A model generated the notes under the pieces. It was given only the letters and a program-made list of their open reading frames with translations, was not told where the DNA came from and ran no database searches. Positions 41,291 through 52,017 of a stretch of DNA of 64,000 bases are shown one piece after another. Positions within the stretch are counted from its first letter, which is position 1. Each line of letters starts with the position of its first letter. This stretch comes from an uncultured Verrucomicrobiae bacterium (GTDB lineage Bacteria > Verrucomicrobiota > Verrucomicrobiia > Chthoniobacterales > UBA10450): assembly GCA_963834385.1 (NCBI GenBank), contig CAWIBO010000002.1, forward strand, positions 672,001 to 736,000. The letters run 5' to 3'. The position numbers were made by a program, and so were the translations under genes.

Positions 41291-42655
41291 ATGCCCCGAT
41301 TCTACATCAAGACCTACGGCTGCCAGATGAACGAGCGCGACTCGGAACAGGTCGCCCACTCGCTCCTCGAGCGGGGCTACGAGCGGGCCGCGACCGAGGC
41401 GGAGGCCGATGTCGTCCTCCTGAACACCTGCAGCGTGCGCGACATGGCGGACCAGAAGGCCATCGGGAAAATGGGCATGCTCGGCCAGATCGCGAAGCGG
41501 CGGCCGGAGGTTGTCTTTGGCTATCTGGGCTGCATGGCGCAGGCGCGCGGAAAGGAACTGCTTCAGGGGCTCAGCCATGTCGATCTCGTGGTCGGCACCC
41601 AGAAGTTTCACCGCGTGGCCGATTACGTGGAGGAGCTTCTCGAGCGCAAGCTCAGCCGGCAAAGCGACGACGATCCGCGCTACACCATTGTGGACACGGA
41701 GGAGGAGGCCGGGTCGCAGGGCACTATCCGGGAGCAGTCCGTGGCCGCCCGGCAGGCCACGGCCTTTGTCTCCATCATGCAGGGATGCAACATGCACTGC
41801 ACTTTTTGCATCGTTCCGCGCACACGCGGGAGCGAGCGCAGCCGCACGATCGACGAAATTGTGGCGGAAGTGCGCGGGCTGGCCGCCCAGGGCGTGCGCG
41901 AAGTCACCCTGCTCGGGCAGATCGTCAACCTCTACGGCCGGCACGAGTTTCCAAAGATCGGCGACCGCTCGCCCTTCGTGCAGCTGCTCGAGGCGGTCCA
42001 CACGGTCGAGGGAATCGAGCGGATCCGTTTCACCTCGCCCCACCCCATCGGCTTTCGCGACGATCTCGTCCGGGCCCTGGCCGAGCTGCCGAAACTGGCC
42101 GAGCACGTTCATCTTCCGCTCCAGTCCGGCTCGAACCGGATCCTGAAGGCGATGCATCGCACCTACACGGCCGAGAAATATCTCGCCCTGGTCGAGCGGC
42201 TCCGCGCGGCCCGCCCTGGGATTGCGCTGACCACCGACGTCATTGTCGGTTTTCCCGGGGAGACCGCAGCCGACTACCTGCTCACCCGCGAACTGGTGGA
42301 GCGGATCGGTTTCGACAACGCTTTCATCTTTCGTTATTCACCGCGGCGCGAAACCCCGGCCGCCCTGATGCCGGACCAGGTGGAGGAAAAGGTGAAGGAG
42401 GAACGCAACCGGGACCTGCTGGCCGTGGTGGACGCTTCCGCCCAGCGCAGCAACGCCTCTCTCGTGGGACAGGCGCCTGAGGTTCTCTGCGAGGGCCCGA
42501 GCCGGCACAATCGCGCCCGGCTCATGGGCCGGACCCGCACCAACAAGATTGCCATCTTCGAGGGTCCCGATGCGCTCGCGGGACGGCTTTTCCCGGTCCA
42601 GATCGAGGAGGCCAGCGGTTTCAGCTTGTATGGCCGTCCGCTCGTGCAACCCTGA
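41291..42655 (+). CDS. miaB: tRNA-2-methylthio-N6-dimethylallyladenosine synthase
   Basis: TYGCQMN, NTCSVR, CNMHCTFC radical-SAM motif, C-terminal TRAM. Confidence 0.96.
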   Translation: MPRFYIKTYGCQMNERDSEQVAHSLLERGYERAATEAEADVVLLNTCSVRDMADQKAIGKMGMLGQIAKRRPEVVFGYLGCMAQARGKELLQGLSHVDLVVGTQKFHRVADYVEELLERKLSRQSDDDPRYTIVDTEEEAGSQGTIREQSVAARQATAFVSIMQGCNMHCTFCIVPRTRGSERSRTIDEIVAEVRGLAAQGVREVTLLGQIVNLYGRHEFPKIGDRSPFVQLLEAVHTVEGIERIRFTSPHPIGFRDDLVRALAELPKLAEHVHLPLQSGSNRILKAMHRTYTAEKYLALVERLRAARPGIALTTDVIVGFPGETAADYLLTRELVERIGFDNAFIFRYSPRRETPAALMPDQVEEKVKEERNRDLLAVVDASAQRSNASLVGQAPEVLCEGPSRHNRARLMGRTRTNKIAIFEGPDALAGRLFPVQIEEASGFSLYGRPLVQP

Positions 42656-42663
42656 CCGGCCGC

Positions 42664-43215
42664 ATGATCTACGATCTCTCGCTGCAAACCGCCGGCTATC
42701 TTGCGGGCCTCTTTCTCCTCGTCCCGAGCCTCTTCTGCCTCGTCCAAAGCGAGGCCTCCCGGCGCTGGATGACCTCATTCCCGCGCTCGCGCACCACCGG
42801 CGCGATCCTGCTGACGCTCGGTGGGCTCTGGGCCTTCTGGCTTCTCTACACCATGCAGATGGGCGAGTTCTCCGGTTTTCGCCGCCCTCTTCTCTTTCTT
42901 CTGCCGGTCGCCTACGTGCTGGTGCTGCGGTTCGTCGACGAATTTTTGGCCGTGCGCGCCCTTGGCATCCTTTATCTGCTGGCGGCGGAACCGCTCCTCG
43001 AGGCGGCGTTTCTGCGCATTGAGCCGAGCCGGCTTTTCGTGACCGTCCTCGCCTACGTCATCATCACCAAAGGACTCTTCTACGTTATGATGCCGTATCT
43101 GATGCGGGACGGCCTCGCGTGGTCCACGCGGTCCGACGCCCGCTGGCGGCTCCTGCATAGCGGCGCCGCGGCCTATGGTCTGGTTTTGCTCGGGCTGGCC
43201 CTGACCATTTATTGA
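42664..43215 (+). CDS. Hypothetical membrane protein
   Basis: 183-aa multi-TM ORF (FPRS, EFLAVRALG) between miaB and GT9. Confidence 0.75.
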   Translation: MIYDLSLQTAGYLAGLFLLVPSLFCLVQSEASRRWMTSFPRSRTTGAILLTLGGLWAFWLLYTMQMGEFSGFRRPLLFLLPVAYVLVLRFVDEFLAVRALGILYLLAAEPLLEAAFLRIEPSRLFVTVLAYVIITKGLFYVMMPYLMRDGLAWSTRSDARWRLLHSGAAAYGLVLLGLALTIY

Positions 43216-44200
43216 GTGACGCCCGGGACGCGGATCGATCGCCTCCTCGTACTGCGCGGCGGCGCCATCGGCGATTTCATCCTGACGCTGCCGGCGTTGC
43301 GCCTGCTGCGTGATGCCTTTCCCGAGGCCACGCTGGAATTGGTGGCCCATCCCCGCGTGGCCTGCCTCGCCGTCGGCCGCTTTTACGCCCGGGCGGCACG
43401 GTCACTGGAGGAGGGCCGGCTGGCCACTTTCTTCGTGGCGGGAAGCGAGCTGGACCCGGCATGGGTGGGACATTTCCGCCGTTTCGACCTTGTCCTGAGT
43501 TATCTCCCGGATGCGGACGGGGTCTTCGCAGACAACCTCCGCCGGGCAGGCGTGAAGCAGTTGCTCACGGGCCAGGGACCTGGGGTGGCGGCAAAGGAAG
43601 GAAACGTTGGGGTCCCGGAACATGCCGCCGCACATTTGGCGGCACCGCTGCGCGCGCTCGGCCTGACCTTGCCAGACCCGGCAGCCCGTCTTTTCCCGGA
43701 CGAGGCCGACCGCGCGGCGGCACGGAGGATTGTGACCGGCGGCGGCGAATCGTTGGTCGCCCTGCATCCGGGCAGTGGCAGCCGCGGGAAAAACTGGCCG
43801 TTGTCTTGCTGGATCCAGCTGGCCGAACATCTGCTGAAATTTACCGCGGGGCGCCTGCTCCTGGTGGGGGGCGAAGCGGAGGAAAGCGAGATCGCGACCC
43901 TCTTGCGCGTCCCTTCCGGGTGATCGCGTCGTGTCCGCCTGCCACCAGCCGCTTCCGGTGCTGGCGGCGCTGCTGGAGAATGCGTTCTTTCTCGGGCACG
44001 ACAGCGGCATCTCGCATCTGGCAGCGGCGGCGGGCGCGCGCTGTCTTCTCCTGTTCGGGCCGACTGACCCGGCCATCTGGGCGCCGGCCAATCCCGGGGT
44101 GACCGTCCTGGCCGCGCCTGACGGAAAGATGGAAAGGCTCGGACTCGAGCGGGTGAAAGAGGCGGTCTACGAACTGATGCGCATCGGCATCAGGACGTAA
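43216..44200 (+). CDS. Glycosyltransferase family 9 (heptosyltransferase-like); frameshift near 43906
   Basis: GAIGDFILTLP, LHPGSGS..KNWP; GHDSGISHLAAA, LFGPTDP..W.P in next frame. Confidence 0.88.
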
Positions 44201-45264
44201 AGGAACGGCGTCTGGATCTTGAGCACGCCCGGGCTCATCTCATCAATCAGGTCGAGGAAGACTTCGTCCTCGGTCAGGTTGCGCAGCGGCGCCATGAGAA
44301 ATTCGGGGTTAAAGGCGATGGAGAACTCGCGTCCTTTGTAGATCACCGGGAGCGATTCCTTGGCCTCGCCCACCTCGGGCGTATTGGCGGTGATGTCGAT
44401 GTTGTTCTTGCTGAAGTTGAGCTTGATCGAGTTCGACTTGTCGCTGGCCAGGAGGGAAACGCGGCGGAGCGAGTTCAGGAAGGTCTCGCGCTCGAGCGTG
44501 ACCCGTTCCTTGGCCTCGGAGGGGATGACCTGCTTGTAGTTCGGGTAATTGCCTTCGATCAGTTTGGAAACGAGCAGGGTGTTGTTGAGATCAAAGGCAA
44601 TCTGGCCGGACCCGACGCTGACCTTGACCTCGCCATCGTCGGCCAGAAGGCGCGACAGTTCGGTGACGGCCTTGGTCGGGACAATGATGTCGGCCTCGTG
44701 GCTGCGCGGGAACTCCAGCTCGATGTCGACCATGGCGAGCCGGCGGCCGTCCGTCGCCACGAGGGTGAGCTTGTTTTCCTTGAAGGAGAAAAGGACGCCG
44801 TTGAGGACGTAGCGGGTCTCGTCCGTGGAGATGGCGTAGGAGGTTTTGCGCAGGCCGTCGCGCAGCTCCTTTTGCCGGATGGTGACCACCTTGGCATCCT
44901 CGAACTTCGGCAGGGGCGGAAACTCCTCTTCCGGCAGGCCGAGGATCTTGAAGAAGCTCTGGCCGCTCCGGATGGAGGCGGCGTTCTTGCCGTCGACATC
45001 CACCTGGATCTCGCTCGAAGGGAGCTCGCGGATGATGGTGAACAACCGGCGCGCCGGCAGGGTGGTCGAGCCTTCCTTGTCCACCTGCGCCTCAAAGCTG
45101 CCACGGACGCCGACGTCGAGATCGGTCGTGGTCAGGTGAACGACGTTGCCGTTCGCCTGCAAAAGGACGTTGGAAAGAATCGGCAGCGTGGTCCGGGTGC
45201 TGACGACGTTCTGGACCTGCTGGAGGCCCTCGAGAAGTTTCTCTTTGGTAACGCTAAATTTCAT
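44167..45264 (-). CDS. dnaN: DNA polymerase III beta sliding clamp
   Basis: TTLPILSNV, ATDGRRL, YVLMPMR; downstream of dnaA. Confidence 0.98.
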   Translation of the reverse strand: MKFSVTKEKLLEGLQQVQNVVSTRTTLPILSNVLLQANGNVVHLTTTDLDVGVRGSFEAQVDKEGSTTLPARRLFTIIRELPSSEIQVDVDGKNAASIRSGQSFFKILGLPEEEFPPLPKFEDAKVVTIRQKELRDGLRKTSYAISTDETRYVLNGVLFSFKENKLTLVATDGRRLAMVDIELEFPRSHEADIIVPTKAVTELSRLLADDGEVKVSVGSGQIAFDLNNTLLVSKLIEGNYPNYKQVIPSEAKERVTLERETFLNSLRRVSLLASDKSNSIKLNFSKNNIDITANTPEVGEAKESLPVIYKGREFSIAFNPEFLMAPLRNLTEDEVFLDLIDEMSPGVLKIQTPFLYVLMPMRISS

Positions 45265-45359
45265 GTCCGGCGGCGAAAGCGACTAAGATGTAAGGCTTCG
45301 CATTTTGTTCGGCAACCGTATTCTCGATCTTGTGTGCGCGGCCTGGCAACCCCCCACGG

Positions 45360-46715
45360 CTAGCGGGCCAGGGCGCTGTCGATGAACGAGATGGTCTGCC
45401 GGACGCTGTCCTCCTCGCTCATCCGGCGTTTCACCAGTTTGCAGGCATGGAGGACGGTGCCATGGTCGCGCCCCCCGAAAGCGTCACCAATCTCGTTGAG
45501 CGAGGCCTTGGTCAGCTCCCGGGCCAGATACATCGCGACCTGGCGGGGAAAGGCGATGTTGGCCGGGCGCCGCTTGCTCGTCATGTCGGCCAGGCGCACG
45601 TCGAAGTGCTCGGCCACGCGCCGCTGGATCTGCTCGATCGTGACGGCATGACGGGCCTCCTCCTGGAGGATGTCCTTGAGCAGGTGCTCGACCACTTCAT
45701 TGGTCAGTTCCTTCCCGCTGAGGGAGGCAAAGGAAGCCACGCGCATGAGCGCGCCCTCGAGCCGGCGGACGTTGGTCCGGATGCGGGTGGCCAGGAAATC
45801 GAAGATCTCGTCGCGCAACGTGATCTGCAGGGCGCGCGCTTTCTTGCGGAGAATGGCCAGGCGGGTCTCGATGTCGGGCGGCTGCAGCTCGGCCGTGAGG
45901 CCCCACTCGAAACGGGAAACGAGGCGGTGCTCGAGGTTGGCGATCTCGGAAGCAGGCCGGTCGCTCGAGAGAACGATCTGCTTATGGCCATCAAAGAGAG
46001 CGTTGAAAGTGTGGAAGAACTCCTCCTGCGAGCGCTCCTTCCCGCCGAGGAACTGGATATCATCGATCAGGAGCAGGTCGGCCTGGCGGTAGCGTTTCCG
46101 GAACTTCACCAGCGTGCTGTGCTGGATGGCGTCGATGAATTCGTTGATGAAAAGTTCGCTCGAGAGATACATCACCCGGGCGTTCTTCTTTTTCGAGAGG
46201 ACGAACTGGCCGATGGCCTGCATGAGGTGGGTCTTGCCCAGTCCCACGCCGCCGTAGATGAAAAGCGGGTTGTAGGTGCGGGAGGGCGACTGCGCCACCG
46301 CCAGGCTGGCCGCGTGCGCGATCTCGTTCGTCGGCCCGACGACAAAGGAATCAAAGGTGTTGCGCGGGTTCAATCCGGCCGGGAGCACCGCGGGTTTGCC
46401 CGGCGCCGGCGCAGGATCTTCCCTTTCCTCCACCACCACGGCTGAGGCCTGTTCGGTCCCGTCACTTCCCTTGACCGCGAACCTGACGTGCCGCGGCGCG
46501 CCAAAGGCGGTCACGATCGCCGACTGCAGAGCCTGCATGTGGTTACTCTCGATCCAGAACTGGTAAATGTTGTTCGGCACGCAAAACGTCAGGCTGTCAT
46601 CGGTCGCGCCCGTGATCTGCACCGCCGAAAACCAGCGCTTGTAAGTGTCGGGGCTGACCTGGGGTTTTAACGCCGTCGACAGGCGCTGCCATTGTTGTGC
46701 AAACTTCTCGTCCAT
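45360..46715 (-). CDS. dnaA: Chromosomal replication initiator DnaA
   Basis: YNPLFIYGGVGLGKTHL, LLIDDIQF, QEEFFHTFN, FGGRDHGTV. Confidence 0.99.
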   Translation of the reverse strand: MDEKFAQQWQRLSTALKPQVSPDTYKRWFSAVQITGATDDSLTFCVPNNIYQFWIESNHMQALQSAIVTAFGAPRHVRFAVKGSDGTEQASAVVVEEREDPAPAPGKPAVLPAGLNPRNTFDSFVVGPTNEIAHAASLAVAQSPSRTYNPLFIYGGVGLGKTHLMQAIGQFVLSKKKNARVMYLSSELFINEFIDAIQHSTLVKFRKRYRQADLLLIDDIQFLGGKERSQEEFFHTFNALFDGHKQIVLSSDRPASEIANLEHRLVSRFEWGLTAELQPPDIETRLAILRKKARALQITLRDEIFDFLATRIRTNVRRLEGALMRVASFASLSGKELTNEVVEHLLKDILQEEARHAVTIEQIQRRVAEHFDVRLADMTSKRRPANIAFPRQVAMYLARELTKASLNEIGDAFGGRDHGTVLHACKLVKRRMSEEDSVRQTISFIDSALAR

Positions 46716-46988
46716 GTGGAGTTGTTAACAGCGCTAAATCGCCCCGCAGCCTCTCTCCCCAGAGGGAAAATGACGCCGTCCGGTCACCGGCTCGGGAAAA
46801 ATTCGGGGCGTGCTTTCCGGCGCGACCGCCGGCCGCTGACGGGAAAAAAACGGGATATACGAGGGAAAACAGGCGGCGCGCCCCGGGAAAGAGGAAAGGA
46901 ACGCGACAAAGCGTGGAGAGAGAAGGGCGGCGCAGGAAGGCAGGCAGTGTTCCATGGTTGGTGGGTCGCTCCTGCAGTGGCCCCTCGT

Positions 46989-47008
46989 CTATTCACATGT
47001 TATTCACA
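46989..47008 (+). promoter_or_regulatory. Tandem DnaA boxes in the dnaA upstream region (probable oriC/autoregulatory site)
   Basis: CTATTCACA (46989-46997, 1 mismatch) and TTATTCACA (47000-47008, matches TTWTNCACA) inside a ~530-bp non-coding gap. Confidence 0.65.
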
Positions 47009-47244
47009 TGCAGGAAGTTCACTGCCGCAGCGGCTTGGAGATTAAAAACCGACCCCATGGCCGACAAGAAAAAATCGGAAGTTTATTTTGTGAACGCGCC
47101 GAGAAAAATCTTGACGAAAAATCGACCCTGAAACTGTGCGTGAATCTCCCTCGACAGCGCTTCGAGACGGTTGACCGAAAAGGTGCGCGTGAGTCATTCT
47201 TGCCCATCCGTCCGACGCTTTGGCCGGCTGACTCGACCTTGTTC

Positions 47245-47664
47245 ATGACCGACCAAACCCGAAAAATGCGTGCCTTTGCCGGCCGCGCTTTCCTGATTCT
47301 GGCCGGCGCGGCGTTGCTCGGCTCGTGCACCACGATGGGAAAAAGAAGTGAAGCTCCGGGGCTCGTCCACGTGGTGCTGGTCTGGCTGAAGCATCCGGAA
47401 AAGGCCGGCGACCGCGCGGCCCTGGTCAACGCGTCGCGCGCTTTCCAGCGAATCCGGGGCGTGGAAGCGGTGCAGGTGGGAGGTTCCCTCCCGGTGCGGC
47501 GGCCCGGGGTTGAACAAAACTTCGATCTCGCTGTCATAATAACCTTCCGGAACCGCGACGCTCTCGAGCGTTACGAAACCGATCCCCGCCATCAAATGGC
47601 CGCGCAGCAAGTCCTTAAACCCCTCGCCCGGCGCTACACCGTCTTCAATGTCGTGCTCGAGTAA
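47245..47664 (+). CDS. Dabb (stress-responsive A/B barrel) family lipoprotein
   Basis: Lipobox LLGSC; HVVLVWLK, I.GV....VG, FD......F.....L..Y...P.H. Confidence 0.82.
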   Translation: MTDQTRKMRAFAGRAFLILAGAALLGSCTTMGKRSEAPGLVHVVLVWLKHPEKAGDRAALVNASRAFQRIRGVEAVQVGGSLPVRRPGVEQNFDLAVIITFRNRDALERYETDPRHQMAAQQVLKPLARRYTVFNVVLE

Positions 47665-48178
47665 ATTTTTCCTTCTCTGCCTGGCCCTGGCGGCCATGAC
47701 CGGTTCCGCGGTCGCGGCCGAGGACGTGGTCCCTCCATTTGGCTTCCAGTGGAACCAGGAATCGATCGCGGTCGAAAAGGTCCTCGGCAAGGTGAACGGG
47801 GCGCGCATCACCTCGCGTGAGCGCAAGCTGACCCGCGAGGTCTGGACGGTGGAAGGCCTGGTCCAGCCCGGCCTGAGCCAGTCGCTCTTCACTTTCCGTA
47901 ACGGGAAGCTGGCCGGGATCGAGCTGCATTACACCTATCCGCAATGGAGCGTGGAGAAGTATGCCGACCGCATGGGCCAGATCCGCCGTTACTTCGACGA
48001 CCGCTTTGGCACCGGCAAGCTGGTCTCGCGCGTCCGCGACACCGACACGGAAGTGGTCCAGACCCTGGTGGGTTACCAGTGGATTGCCGGTTCCACCATG
48101 CTCGAGCTTTTCTATTTTTCCGCGGTGCGCGACCGCAACGCCTTCCGCACCATCACGATCGACTACAAGCTTCTCTGA
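47648..48178 (+). CDS. Secreted hypothetical protein
   Basis: Signal peptide then PPFGFQW; overlaps upstream gene. Confidence 0.7.
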   Translation: MSCSSKFFLLCLALAAMTGSAVAAEDVVPPFGFQWNQESIAVEKVLGKVNGARITSRERKLTREVWTVEGLVQPGLSQSLFTFRNGKLAGIELHYTYPQWSVEKYADRMGQIRRYFDDRFGTGKLVSRVRDTDTEVVQTLVGYQWIAGSTMLELFYFSAVRDRNAFRTITIDYKLL

Positions 48179-48187
48179 GGCCGGCCC

Positions 48188-48745
48188 TCAGGCCGCGGCC
48201 CATTCCTTGCGCAGCCGTTTCAGCCGCCCCTGCAGGGTGGCCTTGGCCGCCGAGTTCATCCGGTCGATGAAGAGGATGCCGTTGAGATGATCGATCTCGT
48301 GCTGCAAGGCCCGCGCCAGCAGCCCCCCAGCCTCGAGGCGCAGGGTGTTCCCCTCCAGGTCGCGCGCCGTCACCGTCACGGTCTCCGCGCGTTCGATCTC
48401 GGCGGTGACCTCGGGAAAGCTGAGGCAGCCTTCGGTGCCGAGCGCGGTGCCCGGGTGCAGTTCGAGCAAGGGATCGACCAGGACCAGCGGCATGGCCGCG
48501 GCCGGATCCACCTCGCGGCCGTCCACCTTGAGCGTGCTGGGACGGTCTTCCACCTGCGAAACATCGATCACGGTGAGCTGCAAGGCCTCGCCCACCTGTT
48601 GCGCGGCCAGGCCGACGCCGTGCGCCGCCTCCATGGTCTCGAGCATGTTGGCCGCCAGCGCGCGCACGGTCTCATTCACCGGCCCGACCGGCCGACCCTT
48701 GGCCCGCAGCACCGGATCGCCATATTTCCGGATCGGGAGCTTCAT
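48188..48745 (-). CDS. def: Peptide deformylase
   Basis: GVGLAAQQVG, EGCLS, QHEIDHLNG. Confidence 0.97.
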   Translation of the reverse strand: MKLPIRKYGDPVLRAKGRPVGPVNETVRALAANMLETMEAAHGVGLAAQQVGEALQLTVIDVSQVEDRPSTLKVDGREVDPAAAMPLVLVDPLLELHPGTALGTEGCLSFPEVTAEIERAETVTVTARDLEGNTLRLEAGGLLARALQHEIDHLNGILFIDRMNSAAKATLQGRLKRLRKEWAAA

Positions 48746-49149
48746 TTGTCGGCCTGGGTGAAGGCCGGCAGGTTGCGCACGCCGGCCAGTTTCAGCGCGT
48801 CCATCACCTTGATGATGGTGCCGAAGGAAGCCTTCTTGTCGGCCTGCAGGGCCAGGAGGGCGCGCCGTTTCTCGGGCAGGCCGCGGATGATCGCCTCCAG
48901 GTTCTCCACCGCCACGACCTCCCCATCGACCTTGACCTCGTCGTTGGCATCGACGCTGACGAGGGCGTGCTCAAGCTCGGCCGGCTGGCTCGTGGCGGTC
49001 TTCGACTCGGGCAGATTGATCTGCACCTCCGGCTGGTCCTTCTTGAAGGTGGTCGAGACCACGAAAAAGATGAGCAGGATGGTCAGGATATCGACGAGCG
49101 AGACGATGATGATCGACGGGGCCCGGCGTTTACGGACGGCAAACTTCAT
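48742..49149 (-). CDS. exbD: ExbD/TolR family protein
   Basis: SLVDILTILLIFFVV, INLP, ADK. Confidence 0.88.
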   Translation of the reverse strand: MKFAVRKRRAPSIIIVSLVDILTILLIFFVVSTTFKKDQPEVQINLPESKTATSQPAELEHALVSVDANDEVKVDGEVVAVENLEAIIRGLPEKRRALLALQADKKASFGTIIKVMDALKLAGVRNLPAFTQADK

Positions 49150-49161
49150 CGTGCGGAAACG

Positions 49162-49848
49162 CTAGGCCACCGGCGCGCGAGCGACGGGCGCCGAGGGACG
49201 GAGCGACCCGGAATCGCTCACCCTGCCGTAGTAACATTTGCTGATCAGGTCGACCACGAGGGTCTCCATCTCGACCGACATGACCTCGATTTTCTTGGAG
49301 AAATAACTGAAGGCGACCAGGGTGGGCACGGCGATGGAGAGGCCAAAGACCGTGGCGTTGAGCGCCTCGGCGATGCCGAGGGCGATGGCCTGGGTGTTGG
49401 CCGAGCCGGTGCTGATGCCCAGGGCGGAAAAAACGCGGACCAGGCCGGAAACCGCGCCGATAAGGCCAAGGAGCGGCGCGATGCCGGTAATAATCTCGAG
49501 CGACATGAGCCCACGCTCGAGCACCACCATCTCGTGGCGAGCGCGGGTTTCCACCGCCTCCACCGTTTCCGCGCGGGGCGCCCGCAACTGGCGCAGGGCC
49601 ACCCGCACGATGCGGGCCAGGGCCGAGTCGTCATGCTGCACGATTTTCCAAAGCCGCTCCGCACTGCCGCCGGCGGTGAGACGCTCGATCTCGCTTTCAA
49701 TCACCAGCGGCAGGACTTTTTTCCGGCGCAACGCCATCCCCCGCAGGATGATGGTGGTGACGGCGATGATCGAGCAGGCCAGGAGCGGCCACATGAAAAG
49801 GCCGCCCTGGACAAAAAATACGTAGGCTTTCTGGATGGAGTCAGGCAT
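49162..49848 (-). CDS. exbB: MotA/TolQ/ExbB proton channel protein
   Basis: GGLFMWPL, APLLGLIG.V.G, GIAEAL.AT..GL..A.P. Confidence 0.88.
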   Translation of the reverse strand: MPDSIQKAYVFFVQGGLFMWPLLACSIIAVTTIILRGMALRRKKVLPLVIESEIERLTAGGSAERLWKIVQHDDSALARIVRVALRQLRAPRAETVEAVETRARHEMVVLERGLMSLEIITGIAPLLGLIGAVSGLVRVFSALGISTGSANTQAIALGIAEALNATVFGLSIAVPTLVAFSYFSKKIEVMSVEMETLVVDLISKCYYGRVSDSGSLRPSAPVARAPVA

Positions 49849-49862
49849 GCGCGCGAGAAAGG

Positions 49863-50933
49863 TTACCGATTCGCGTAAGTCGTAAAGGAGATATCGATGG
49901 GAAGACGCCCGTTGGGAAGGGTGTTAATCAACTCGGGCGGGATGTCCGGGATGGCCGCCTGCTGAAAGGCCTCCAGGCAAATGTTGGCGAAGGCTTCGTT
50001 GGAATCATTCGAGATGACCCGAAGATTCCGGATCTGCCCGTCGGCATCCACTTCGCCCTCCACCACGGCGGTGCCAATGCTGACCAGGTCGATCCGGTCG
50101 TTCATGGCCTTATACCAGCGTTTTCCAATCGCATCGACCACGGTCTTCTTGTAGCGGCCGAGAGGCGTTTCTGCCGCGTCCACCGTGGCGGCGCCGCGGC
50201 GGCCGACCTGCCCGGAAATGCGCGTTTTCTCCTTCATTTCACGATAGGCCGACCGGGGCGAGGCCGGGCGGGGACGCAGGGTGGGCGGCACCGCTTCCAG
50301 GTTGGGAATGATGGGCGTCGGTAACGCTTCAGGTGGCGTTTCCGCCGGCGGAGGCGTGGCCGTCAGCATCGCCAGTTGTTCCACCATCGGCGTCGGGGTC
50401 ACCGCCGGCGTGGGCGTGGGGGTCACCGGGGGTGGCGTGGCCGTGGCTTCCGGCGTGGGAGCAGGCGTCGCGACGGGTGGCGGCGTAGGCGGAGGGGTCG
50501 CGCTCGGGCCCGGGGGCGGCTGGGCCTGACGGGGTTCCGCCCCGGCCAGCTCAAGCGCCTGCCGCTGGGTTTCCGTCTCGAGCGCGGGCTGTTCCCGGCC
50601 ATCCTGCGTCGGCAGCGGCGCGTCGCCGCGATCCGGCAGCTCGCTAGCGGCGAGGCTGTTCGCGTTCGCTTCGAAAAGAGCTTCGCGCGGCGCTTCCTCG
50701 GAGCGCTTGGACTCGTCGATGTCCTTGAATGGAGTGCTCGCGGGCGCGGCCGCCAGTTCCGGTGCCGCAGGACTGGTGTCGATGATGGTCAGTTCCACCG
50801 GCTCATCCAGCACCTCCGGCAGCGGCGCGGTCAGGTTGGAGAAGGCCGCGAGCGAGACGGCCACGAGCAGGTGGACGCCGACGGAGGCAAGCACCGCCCA
50901 AACCACCTTCCGGGTATCGCTCGTTGTTCGCAT
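49863..50933 (-). CDS. TonB/TolA-like energy transducer
   Basis: N-terminal TM with SxxxH (SVGVH), Pro/Thr-rich linker, TonB_C-like tail; upstream of exbBD. Confidence 0.75.
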   Translation of the reverse strand: MRTTSDTRKVVWAVLASVGVHLLVAVSLAAFSNLTAPLPEVLDEPVELTIIDTSPAAPELAAAPASTPFKDIDESKRSEEAPREALFEANANSLAASELPDRGDAPLPTQDGREQPALETETQRQALELAGAEPRQAQPPPGPSATPPPTPPPVATPAPTPEATATPPPVTPTPTPAVTPTPMVEQLAMLTATPPPAETPPEALPTPIIPNLEAVPPTLRPRPASPRSAYREMKEKTRISGQVGRRGAATVDAAETPLGRYKKTVVDAIGKRWYKAMNDRIDLVSIGTAVVEGEVDADGQIRNLRVISNDSNEAFANICLEAFQQAAIPDIPPELINTLPNGRLPIDISFTTYANR

Positions 50934-51043
50934 GGTGAGGAGAAACGCTGCCGGCGCAGGAACGGCGTGGCGGCGCTATCTGCTTGAGCAATTTCTGCGC
51001 GAGTTCAGCGGCGGAAGATAGGCCAGCGGTTCTCCGGTGACAA

Positions 51044-51926
51044 CTAGGCCGCCGGGGCCGGTGGCCGCCGCGACCGGGCCGGCCGCACCGCGGCGCGGGC
51101 CCCAAGCCGGGCATAATGAAAAAGATACTGCTGCGCATACCCGCCGTACGGCCCGAAGTAACTGGCGCTGAAATCGCGCAGCTCACCCGGCTTGAACTTG
51201 CGGCGGCGCGGGAAATAGCGGCTGCGCAGGACGCGCTCGATCCAGACGTCGATGGGAAAGGCGCGCAACCGTTCGTAGGCGAAAAGCTGCACGCAGTTGG
51301 CCACTTTCGGTCCGACGCCGGGCAGTTCCCGCAGGCGGTTGTGCAGTTCCTCGTCGGGCAGCGCCCGCCAGGCCGCGAGATTGGCCCGCCCTTCCACCAC
51401 CAGCCGCGCGGTGGCGAGCAGGTTGCCCGCGCGATACCCGAGCCCGCAGCCGCGCAGGTCCGCCTCGCTGCAGCGGGCGACCGCGTCGGCCGAGGGAAAA
51501 ACAAACAGGTCGAGCCGGTCCAGCGGCCGGCGCACCCCGAAGCGCTGGCGCAGGGCCGCCGTCATCTGCCGGATGTGCGCCACCTGTTTCACGGAGGAAC
51601 AGATGAAGCTGGCGAGGCATTCCCAGACGGGCTGGCGAATGATGCGCAGACCGCGGCAGAATTTGCGCGCCGCTGCCATGGTATCGTCCGCCGGAAACGT
51701 GCGGCAGATTTTGTCCAGGGAATGATCGAGCGCAAAATAGCGGGACACGGCGACCGCGCTGCCGGCCGACATGACCAGGTCGGTCGCCCCGCTGCTCCAC
51801 ATAGACCGGGCGGTCGCCGATGCACCCGGCGAAGCCGCCGCCGGCGGCCTGCCAGTGGAAGACCTGGCCGGACCCCACGGTGAGGGCGAGATCGAAATTC
51901 GGCACGGCCATTTCCTCCAGCTTCAT
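51044..51926 (-). CDS. 8-oxoguanine DNA glycosylase (Ogg/HhH-GPD family); frameshift near 51782
   Basis: SGQVFHW, GLRIIRQ..WECL.SFICS, GLGYRA, LPGVGPKVANC, FPIDVW, GYAQQYLF. Confidence 0.88.
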
Positions 51927-52017
51927 CAGGGTAATTCCAATATGAAGGAGGGTCCGCCGCGGCGCGCTTGAAAAATGCGTGTTTCCCGCGATTCATCCAT
52001 GGCTTAATACCGCGCAG

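Noticed and set aside
50280..50530. Repetitive DNA in the TonB-like gene
   Set aside because: Explained by the Pro/Thr-rich linker coding.
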